64,000 nucleotides of DNA, taken from a bacterium. GTDB taxonomy: Bacteria; Patescibacteriota; Saccharimonadia; UBA4664. Every line of letters starts with the position of its first letter. Positions within the stretch are counted from its first letter, which is position 1. The translations under genes were made by a program, and so were the position numbers. Below the pieces are notes generated by a model, which was not told the origin of the DNA, did no database searches, and saw only the letters and a list, made by a program, of their open reading frames with translations. This document shows positions 50,322 to 58,879 of this stretch, in pieces. The stretch lies in assembly GCA_016699105.1 (NCBI GenBank), contig CP064960.1:1138715-1202714 (forward strand), in the 5' to 3' direction.

Positions 50322-51300
50322 ATGCCAACAACTACTTTTCAGTTGCCCGAGCTTCAATTCGACCACCAGGAACAATGCTATCGAAATGAATCTGGCCAAT
50401 CTACCACTGAATTGGTAGCTCAGATGACAGCGCCGTTGAGCGCCACCTACCAGCTAACCCGCTTTTGCAACCTCAAATGCGTGTATTGCTCGGAACCGCC
50501 AGATGGTGTGAGCACTCCGCTGGGGTTACATCTTGAACGGGTAGATCGACTGGCTGGAATGCGGCGCATCATTGTTGCCGGTGGCGAACCCATGGTTTAC
50601 AAGCATTTCTGGCCCTTCATGGAATATCTGCGAGACAGGTTTGAAGTAGTAGTACTGTCAACAAACGCTGTTTTTATCGGACCCGACGAAGCATCGCGAC
50701 TAAAAGAGTTGGTTGATTATGTAGACGTCACGCTTGATGGGCCCCGCCGTCAACACAATGCAATCCGGGGTGACTACGCCAAGGTTACCCGAGGCATGAT
50801 GTCTGTAGCTATAGCCGGTATTCCGCTGTCTGCAATTTGCGTTTACATGCCAGCTGAGCAGCCTGATTCGCGAAACCTGCTCAAAGCAACTCCGGCCGGG
50901 CAATCGCGATGTCATGCACTATATAGCTCAACAAGGTGATCTGCTCGGTGCCGTTAAGACAAAGATTCTTACACCAATTCCGAAAGGTCGAAGCGAAGAT
51001 CTCTTCGATGGGTTCGTCCCACAGCAAGAGTTGGACGACTTGGCTGATTTTTTGGCTGAGGAAAAGGTCAAAACGGCTGGCAGACTCGAATTATCATTTC
51101 TGACTGGCAACGCATTGGTAAGGGTCATGCTTGGCTGATCGAACCAAACGGACGAGTCGTCGCCTCGCCAGTTTGGGGCATGGATGATTGTATCCATCCC
51201 TTTGGAAACATCGATGAACTCGATGCGGCTGGTCTCTGGAATGCATTTCCGTACAAGCAAAACCACCTCGACAAATATCTCGAGCGAACCCTCATAGTCA
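50322..51300 (+). pseudogene. Radical-SAM/SPASM-type enzyme gene disrupted by at least two frameshifts
   Basis: ORF 50322..50939 has CNLKCVYC and GGEP. Two further frames (50914..51138 and about 51120..51300) carry a C-terminal continuation with a SPASM-like tail (IEPNGRVVASPVWGMDDCIHPFGNIDELD...LWNAF). Confidence 0.5.
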
Positions 51301-51317
51301 GGTAAGATTCCTGACTG

Positions 51318-51356
51318 CTCGCTAGCGGAGGCGCTTCTATTCAGCGCCTCCGCTAG
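51318..51356 (+). terminator. Rho-independent terminator after the low-GC gene block
   Basis: A perfect 15-bp stem (cgctagcggaggcgc / gcgcctccgctagcg) followed by a T-rich tract. Confidence 0.55.
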
Positions 51357-51852
51357 CGATAGTTAATAAATTTTTCTAGATTCATTTTGGCAATCCGATC
51401 GAGCTTTAATAACGTCTGTTATACTTATTTCATGATTCTAACGCTACATATTTTGCTGGCGATAATGAGCTTGGTGCAGGCATCGTATCTGTACGCCAGG
51501 CCGAGCGGTAACCAATTTTTGGTTGCTGGAAGCCTCATCGGCACGACGCTTGGAAGTGGGGTGGGTTGACGGTGTTGTCGCCGGCTCACCTAGCACCGGC
51601 GTGCGTCAGCGGTGTGATGTATGTTGCGATTGTTGGTACACTGCTGATTGCAGGTCAACGTAAACTAGTCCAGATGACCTAGCTGTGCGGACTGCCCGAG
51701 CAGGCGTTATGTTAAAGTCATAGCCTTTTTCAGCGTGACGGATTAATTTGACATATATTTCTTCAATGATATGATATGCCCCTGTCATGAGACAGACTCG
51801 AGATGTACCACTATCCACCGCAATGGTGGACTGACAACCAAAGGAGATATGC

Positions 51853-52282
51853 CGTGCTTCTCAGTGAGCTTTTTGCCGGTAGTGATGAAGATGTCCGCAT
51901 TGATACTAATTGGCGGGAGGGAAGCTCTGGGTATTTCGACTCTCGCACCATTACCCAAGCAATTACGTCATGGCAAGATTTCTTGGTCTGGACGTGTCGA
52001 TGGATCAACGAACAGTCCGGGCAGCGGCAGTCTGGCGAATTCCGGCTCATGCCGGTAGCCATCATGCATGATCCCCTGAATCGACCCGGTTTTATGGTGG
52101 TCGTAGGCTGGCTGATTTCAGTAAATCGTGATGATGAAGCCGCAGAAGCTGAGCGGGCGATTGCCATGATCCATAATCCGGATCGGAGTGTTCCCAACGA
52201 GATCAGCCGGATTGATCCAGACAAGCTGCGTGAACTAACGCATATTGTTGGCCTACCGACACAAGCAATGCCTGTTCGTTGA
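51853..52282 (+). CDS. Hypothetical protein
   Basis: GTG start with AGGAG 7 nt upstream (the track ORF begins at 51803). No family recognised. Confidence 0.4.
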
Positions 52283-52295
52283 TCGATATTGATCT

Positions 52296-52333
52296 GATTC
52301 ACCTATGCCACCTCCTACACAGTTGGGAGGTGG
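52296..52333 (+). terminator. Rho-independent terminator (convergent junction)
   Basis: An 11-bp stem (atgccacctcc / ggaggtggcat) followed by TTTCATT. Confidence 0.55.
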
Positions 52334-52341
52334 CATTTTCA

Positions 52342-53048
52342 TTAGGTCTTGGGAATAGGCGTTGATTGATTTGACTGGTTCGTAGAATCACCAAGTACTT
52401 GGCCAGCTCCAGGTTGAGGTGTAGGGTTGGGATCAATCACGACGGGCCCCGGAGTGGGTGATGGTACTAATGCAGGTGATGGAGATGGATCTGGTGAGAC
52501 GTTTGGACTTGGTGAAAGCTGCGGTGAAGGCGATGGTTCGGCTACCTGCGTTGATGAAATGGGGTCATCTTTGGTGATCTCGACTATCGCGTGGACGACG
52601 CTGGCTAATATTCCGGAATGAGGCGCTGGGCTCGGCGATGGGGTGGGCTGACTGATCGACGGCTTGGGCGTGGACGTTGTTTTACTTGAAGGCGCGGTAG
52701 TAGGCTTGGCTTTGGTCGCAGTTTCAGTATTATGGACTAATTCTGTAGTACCGGGTCGGGGCGTTTCAGTAGCCGACCGAGCGTCCCCACCCACAAGGTG
52801 GCGAGCGGCTTTGATGCCAAGGCCAACATGGCAATGGCACTTCCAGCCACAAAGGCAACAACGGCTTTGGGCATATGCAAGCGTAGAAATCGATGCCTTA
52901 GCTTGAGCGCAGCTCCTACGCGGGCGGCATCAAATGGTTCGAGATACTGGTCGAGCTGATTGGCAGCCACCCGACGCCGGGAGCCGTCTTGAAATATTAG
53001 GAGTACAACTTCATCGGTTTCGACACTGTAGTTGGCTAGCTCACTCAT
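52342..53048 (-). CDS. Membrane-anchored protein with a Ser/Pro/Thr-rich extracellular tail, likely frameshifted near 52740-52790
   Basis: ORF 52737..53048 has a cytoplasmic N-terminus and a TM helix. ORF 52342..52794 is a low-complexity PSPSP tail in another frame. Confidence 0.35.
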
Positions 53049-53182
53049 TTGAATATACTAGCATTCTTATCCAACCATGACTGTTAACATTTCTTACGAT
53101 ATTTAAAGTAAAGATGCACTAATCATTGTGAGAGTGCACGAGTGACCAATATATTATTCACCGTTTAAGGTACAATCGGTTT

Positions 53183-54336
53183 ATGCATCGCAGTTTGAAA
53201 TGGCGCCTGCTACTGGGCGCTTTTTTGGAAGATTTTATACTTATTTACCCGTTTTACCAGCTGATGATGCTGGCCCAAGGGGTCAATATCGCCCAAATTT
53301 CTGGGCTATTTATATTGTGGTCATTGGTTTCAATCGTTGCCGAGATACCAACCGGTGTCTTAGCTGACCGCATACCGCGGAGATACCTTTTGGTGACTGC
53401 CCAGATCTTACGGGCGGCAGGGTTCGGCGTGTGGTTAGTGTGGCCTGACTGGTGGGGCTATGCTACAGGTTTTGTCTTGTGGGGTATAAGTGGCGCCTTT
53501 CATTCGGGAACATACCAAGCATTTGTCTACGATGAGCTGGCAGCCGTTGGTCAATCACAACGCTACACTTGGTGGCAAGGCCGCTTGAACGCATTGACGG
53601 AACTAGGTTTAATGCTATGCGCTTTTGCGGGTGCCGCCGCCATCCAATGGGGCTATGACGGGGTTGGTTACATCAGTATTGCTGTCGGGTTAATTACTGC
53701 TGGTTTATATGCCACATTACCATCAGCGCCCCCTCGCGAACAATTGGCTGATACCGGCTACTGGCATGAATTGAAAGTCGGCGTGGGCGAAGCACTACGG
53801 ACGCCGGCCATCCTGCGGTTGGCTATCCTGGGCGCGGTGGTTGGTAGTGTTTATGGTGTGATGGAGGAATATACCCCGGTCTATGCAGCAATCCCAGGAT
53901 TGGAACTGTGGCAAATATCGCTATTGGAAGGCATCATAGGGGTGGCCGTGATCGGCGGCAGTTTGGTAGCACATCGTCTCCAGGCTGTGGGCGACAAAGG
54001 TTTTGCCTGGTTATTGGCGCTGGCTGGATTGGCGCTCATAGCTGCAGCAGCTCCTGGCGTATTCCAGGATTTGGAGCAGTGATGTTGGGCTTTGGTTTAC
54101 TTAAACTACTGGAGGTGGCATATGATGCTCGGTTGCAGCATGAAATATCGAGTCATCGCCGCGCCACTATCACTTCCGTCAGTGGATTTATTCTGGAAAT
54201 ACTAAGTATCGGACTGTTTGGTTTTTTCGGCTTGCTAGCCCAGCTTTACGGTACTTTGACAGCTTTCGGCTGGATTGGTGGAGGTGTTACGATTGTCGGC
54301 TTGTTGTACATCGGCAAAAAGTTCCGCGATAAATAA
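53183..54336 (+). CDS. MFS-type transporter, frameshifted in the 53910-54080 region
   Basis: 12-TM-like hydropathy. The N-terminal ORF (53183..54082) and C-terminal ORF (53908..54336) overlap in different frames. Confidence 0.6.
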
Positions 54337-54360
54337 AGTTCATCTTGCCATCTTATTAGT

Positions 54361-54390
54361 TGTAAAATAGAATTTTTGTGATATAGTATG
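54361..54390 (+). promoter_or_regulatory. Sigma70-like promoter (TTGTAA-16-TATAGT) upstream of the cutinase gene
   Basis: -35 TTGTAA, a 16-nt spacer, -10 TATAGT. The GAGGTGAT ribosome-binding site and ATG at 54521 lie downstream. Confidence 0.35.
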
Positions 54391-54520
54391 CACCTATCTG
54401 CTCAGAAACTATAGCTGAAAGGATTGTATGTAATATTGCCCATTGACGAACACCCGTTAACAGAACTACGGTCAGGTTAGTCAGATAAGCTACTGACCGC
54501 CCTTCGAAATCAGAAATGAG

Positions 54521-55378
54521 GTGATGACGATGTGGCTCAGGCCACTTCGTGCAATCGCAAGCTTAGGATTGGCTTTATCTCTGACTGCAATCGGTCCAAC
54601 CGTTTCAGCGTCAGCATCAACGCCAGTATCGGCTACAGTAGTCAAACCGATGTGTTCAAAAATCGTCGTCTTTGGAGTGCGGGTTCACGCACCAATGCCA
54701 GGATACTGGCATGGCTGATGGTGTAGTCAATCGATTTTTCAATCAATTCCGCTACGCCTATTCTGGGCAGCGGTGCCACCAATGTCGGTTATTCGATTGG
54801 AAATGGTCAGATATCCTGCTGTCCCGGTCACGACTGGAGTCAAATCATACGGCGCCAATTATATGCGCAGTGTTGATGCGGGCGTCAGAGAGCTGGCGGC
54901 AAATGTCCGGACACTCAAGGCCACCTGTCCGAAAAGCGCTTACGTGGCAACGGGTTTCAGTCAAGGTGCCAATGTGATTGGTGAGTTTGGACGCGACTAC
55001 TGGCGGGAGGGTCTACTCAATAACGGGTTGGCATTTGTGTTGTTTGGTAATCCGGCTCGAAATCAGAATGTTAGCGAAACCGAGCTGTACAAACTGCCCG
55101 GAGGAAGTCATGGAATATTGTATTCCGGCCTAAGAGCTATCGGATGGCCTTCACCGCAAGATGAACTGACAACCCCAAAGGGTTACAGCTTGCTGAATAC
55201 CTTTGATGGTTGCGATCCCCGCGACCCAGTCTGTTCATTTAAGGGTGATCGACAGTCATATGAAGATCTGGCCAACTGTGCGCTCTTTAGCTGTTCACAC
55301 TTTGACTATGTCGTCAACGGTTGGACAGGGTTGGCAGCCGAGCGCGTGACTCGCTTGGCAAAGTCGCACATGAATTAG
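54521..55378 (+). CDS. Cutinase-family serine esterase, frameshifted near 54690-54780
   Basis: Signal peptide in ORF 54521..54718. Nucleophile elbow GFSQGA and a Cys pair (CDPRDPVC) in ORF 54773..55378. Confidence 0.6.
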
Positions 55379-55538
55379 TCGGCAGGTATATACCCCACGG
55401 GGCGTTGGAATCATACGAAAGTATGGTCCCGGCGCCCCTGCTTTGTTTTCAGTAATTTAGGGGACAGTCAGCAAGGCGACACTGGCCATCATCAGTGCGG
55501 CCGCCATGAGTTTGCGCCGCCACGAGTGCTCATGAAAT

Positions 55539-56297
55539 TTAACACTCCCAAACACAATACTCCACAGCAGAGCAAAGCTGCGTTTGTAGGTCATGATGAG
55601 AGATGCTGGCGCCAGGCTGTAGGCAAAGCTCTCCAAGTGCTACTGCAATACCATTGGCGAGGGCTTGAGTGCCAGTCGTGGGATGGTAGAGTAACCGCCA
55701 GGGTGAACGGCGAGTGTGGGCGGCAGCTACAACATAAGTAATAACGACCAGACTACCTAGAACCACGATTTGCTCAGCCGCCACCGAATTGTAGTGAGTA
55801 ATGTCGTATTTATATAAACTGACTGTGCCAACACCCATAAAACCGCTCAAGGCGGCTAGTCCCGCTCCCCGACTGCCAGTTTTGGTCCGATGAAAAGCGG
55901 CAATGAGAGCGACAAACATGAGGGCGATACCTGCAAATTGCACCATTGAAATGTGATAACCAAGCGCAATATCGACCACTAATATAAAAGGTATGGTAAT
56001 GAGGCGCATGAAACCGATGGTACTGCGGTCGGCTTGAATGGTGGCTTCGGCGATACTATAAATCATGACGACTTCGAGGCCAAGCCTAATAAGCATGGTC
56101 GGCCAGGCTTGGGCTAGATCGAGTTTGAAATCAGCACCAAAGGCTAAGGTGACCGCCACAAAGACCAATCCCCAGAATAATTCCAAAAATGCCAGCTCAT
56201 AGACATTCTCCCGACGCCATAGGGCAAGCTGTTTGCCCAGCGATTGGGAAATCTCTCCCGACAGAGTAGAAGTAAGAACGAGCAGAGCGCTAAACAT
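55539..56297 (-). CDS. Multi-pass membrane protein (EamA/DMT-like transporter?), hypothetical
   Basis: 252 aa with at least 8 TM helices. The C-terminal tail is of dubious quality and may be frameshifted. Confidence 0.4.
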   Translation of the reverse strand: MFSALLVLTSTLSGEISQSLGKQLALWRRENVYELAFLELFWGLVFVAVTLAFGADFKLDLAQAWPTMLIRLGLEVVMIYSIAEATIQADRSTIGFMRLITIPFILVVDIALGYHISMVQFAGIALMFVALIAAFHRTKTGSRGAGLAALSGFMGVGTVSLYKYDITHYNSVAAEQIVVLGSLVVITYVVAAAHTRRSPWRLLYHPTTGTQALANGIAVALGELCLQPGASISHHDLQTQLCSAVEYCVWEC

Positions 56298-56428
56298 ATC
56301 ACTACAATTATGATCGTTGTAGGCATAATTGTTAAGCTTAAGTAATTCTTTAGACGTTTAACGGGCACCACCGGCATCTATTACTGATGCAGGTGGTGCC
56401 CGAATTAACTGTCATCGAGGGCTGATAA

Positions 56429-56689
56429 TTAAGCCCTCAGATCAGCCTGTTCCTTGAGGAAGACCTCGTATTCGCCCCGGTCGAACTGGAGTGCGGGACT
56501 GAGGCGGTTGGACGGATCCCGGAAGAGGAACCAGTCACCGTCTTGAACGAACCAGTCGGCCGGCGGGGTGGCGTCCCAACGAACACGCGGGATGACCACC
56601 ACCGGTGACTTGTCATCGAGCTTGCTGTCGGTGATATGGACTTCGTCACCGATGTTGGTGACGACGACACAGCGAGCATCAGTACACAT
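56429..56689 (-). CDS. DUF397-like small protein A (GC-rich paralog)
   Basis: 86 aa: MCTDARCVVVT...ITDSKLDDKSPVVVIPRVRW...ALQFDRGEYEVFL. This matches the DUF397 core (C-V-E-V..., RDSKDP.GPVL.F, W..F). Confidence 0.6.
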   Translation of the reverse strand: MCTDARCVVVTNIGDEVHITDSKLDDKSPVVVIPRVRWDATPPADWFVQDGDWFLFRDPSNRLSPALQFDRGEYEVFLKEQADLRA

Positions 56690-56753
56690 TTTGACTCCTA
56701 ATACGTGGTTGAAAGATCAGCTAGCACTTCATCGAGACGATTCAGTGGCTCTC

Positions 56754-57668
56754 TCAATCTGGGTCGGGATCAATCCTACTAGTGAAACATCGCCCCCAAC
56801 GAATATTCGAGATGGCTTCGTCATACCCGTTCCAGACATCACCTACACGGCGGTCTTCAAACCCAGCCATCTCCTCGCAAGGATACAGATGGCCTGTAGG
56901 ACCAATGACTGAACCCCCTGCTTGGCACATTGGGCACGGTACACGTGTCCTTGTCGGTACACCAAAGCCTAAAGCTGCCGACAGTCGATATAATTCAATG
57001 ATAGCCTCCTCCGCTGGCAGCGTATTTGGGTCGAGGCCAGATTGCCAACCAACACCCGTGTCATGCACTAATGCGAAGAAAACTGTATGCAGGGACGGGT
57101 TAAGATTCGTGCTTAAATCGTTCAACAAATCGGGGATGCTGGCGTAGTTGTGCGGCGTCACGTGAATCCTGATGTTAGTACGCAACGCTGTTGTTTCGAC
57201 TGCGCTGAGGTTTTTCACGATGGTATCGTATGTGCCTCGATTGCCAGCTAAGTATCTTGTGGCATCATGGTTAGGCTGTGAGCCGTCGAACGTGATAAGG
57301 GCGGACTTTAGACCTGCTTCGACTAGCCTTTCAGCCAATGACGGTACAAGCAGTACACCGTTGGTCGTCAGGCGAGCATTAGACAGCGCGGGCATGCCCC
57401 TGAGTAATCTGAGGCAATGGTCGGGAAATATGAGCGCCTCGCCGCCGAGCATAACCAGGTTTACCACACTACCTTGTCGCCGGTAGTCAACAAATTTAAA
57501 TACCTGATCCATTATGTCATTCGTCATGGGTCGGCTATTGAGCCGTGGACCAATTTGGCTGATGGCTGGCTGGCGCTGGAAGCAATAAGCGCACGAAGCA
57601 TTGCAAATAAAACTTAAAATGACCATCGCACTATAGGCGGTATCTTTAGGCCATTGCGATTCCGGCAT
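56754..57668 (-). CDS. Radical-SAM enzyme with a C-terminal SPASM/twitch-like Cys-rich domain (peptide-maturase type)
   Basis: CNASCAYC (Cx3Cx2C) near the N-terminus, and GGEALIF. The C-terminus is CPMCQAGGSVIGPTGHLYPCEE...IRWGRC. Its start overlaps the upstream DUF397-B stop by 23 nt. Confidence 0.8.
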   Translation of the reverse strand: MPESQWPKDTAYSAMVILSFICNASCAYCFQRQPAISQIGPRLNSRPMTNDIMDQVFKFVDYRRQGSVVNLVMLGGEALIFPDHCLRLLRGMPALSNARLTTNGVLLVPSLAERLVEAGLKSALITFDGSQPNHDATRYLAGNRGTYDTIVKNLSAVETTALRTNIRIHVTPHNYASIPDLLNDLSTNLNPSLHTVFFALVHDTGVGWQSGLDPNTLPAEEAIIELYRLSAALGFGVPTRTRVPCPMCQAGGSVIGPTGHLYPCEEMAGFEDRRVGDVWNGYDEAISNIRWGRCFTSRIDPDPD

Positions 57669-57918
57669 TCTTAGTCACCTCTTCCAGTAATGCACCATAT
57701 TCGCCTTGGTTGAATTGAAGGGCGGGGCTAAGACGGTTTTCGGGATCCCGAAAGAGGTACCAATCGCCGTCAGCCAAGAACCAATAACTAGGGGGCATGG
57801 CTTCCCAGCGTGCTTTATCGATTCTGATTATTGGTGACTGGCCACTAAGCTTACTGTCTGATATTTGAACTTTGTTATCAGAGATGACGATAACAACGCA
57901 TTGACTGTTTGCGCACAT
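57646..57918 (-). CDS. DUF397-like small protein B (AT-richer paralog)
   Basis: 90 aa: MCANSQCVVIVISDNKVQISDSKLSGQSPIIRIDKARW...ALQFNQGEYGALL. About 60% identical to protein A. Confidence 0.6.
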   Translation of the reverse strand: MCANSQCVVIVISDNKVQISDSKLSGQSPIIRIDKARWEAMPPSYWFLADGDWYLFRDPENRLSPALQFNQGEYGALLEEVTKNAGIAMA

Positions 57919-57993
57919 AACTATTAATCCCTTCAGACGGGGTCAATGAGCGAGCGATATTTCGCCTGTATATAAAATATTCTAGAATACAAA

Positions 57994-58012
57994 TATTCCA
58001 AATATTGGAATA
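57994..58012. promoter_or_regulatory. Perfect palindrome TATTCCAA-ATA-TTGGAATA in the divergent promoter; candidate operator
   Basis: An 8-bp inverted repeat with a 3-bp spacer, 20 nt upstream of the XRE gene ATG. It is flanked by AATATT direct repeats and a TCTAGA palindrome. Confidence 0.4.
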
Positions 58013-58031
58013 ATGTATTACGATACACCAC

Positions 58032-58878
58032 ATGGAAGATTCTTCGCCAATATATCAATCAATTGGTCATTATATTCATGATTTGCGACTCCAAAAGGGC
58101 GTAACTGGAATAAGCTTGGTTCGGACAGCCGGGATGAGCCAATCAAAACTCTCCAAAATCGAAACCGAAAGCATCCGCCAGCCGCGAGCCGAGGATATCA
58201 ACCGGTTGCTAGACGCCTTAGATGCAACTGAATACCAGCGTCAGCAAGCCCGATGGCTTATGGGTCAACCTCGAGCCAATTTCATGGAATCTAAGCCGGT
58301 CAGCCATAATTTCCAAGATTGTTTTCCGTTGAGACACAAGCCACCGAGATAAAAATATTTACTTTTATCATACCGGCTCTTCTCCAGACAGCCACCTATC
58401 AAGATCATGTCCTTAACCGTATGATGTTAAGTCCGTCCTTGCGGAGCAAGGCTCGAAGGTTGCTTCAAGAGCGCCAAGACAGACTGTGGGATCCAAACTG
58501 TCGATTTACATTCCTCATGTATGAATCAGCTCTCTATTCAGCCGCTGCCGGCTATAAGGAGCAGATCGTACAAATAGATAGAATTGAACGCATGCTCGGA
58601 GTTCAAACGCTCAGCTGTGGTATTATCCCTTTACGGCTGGCTTGGTTGCTGACGATCCATGTAATTTTGTCATTTATAACGAGAGGGCAGGATTTTACGA
58701 ATATATGGGTAAAGACGTGGCACTAAATGATATCACTGAGATTCACTTTGCGAAGTCAAGGTTTGAAGCATTTGCAAATATGGCTTCATTTGGTGCAGAT
58801 GTGCTTCCATATCTCGAAAGGGCAAAACAGTATTTCAGGGCACGCATAGATAGCCAGACCGCAAGCGCTCTCAAGTAG
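58032..58878 (+). CDS. XRE-family HTH regulator with a DUF5753-like C-terminal domain (Streptomyces Scr/DUF397-partner type), with two apparent frameshifts
   Basis: HTH GISLVRTAGMSQSKLSKIETE in ORF 58032..58352. IIPALLQTATYQDHV (DUF5753 LLQT motif) in ORF 58319..58726. The C-terminal part is in ORF 58642..58878. Confidence 0.6.
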
Positions 58879-58879
58879 C

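Noticed and set aside
51387-51569. A 60-aa hydrophobic ORF after the low-GC island, as a candidate radical-SAM precursor peptide
   Set aside because: It has no ribosome-binding site and no Cys-rich or leader-like features. It lies beyond the operon terminator. It is kept only as a note under the island finding.
54532-54977. Alternative-frame ORFs (54532..54726 and 54672..54977) around the cutinase gene
   Set aside because: They are explained by the frameshift that splits the cutinase gene. One of them carries the true continuation (..SRTNARILA..) of the N-terminal part, so they are not separate genes.
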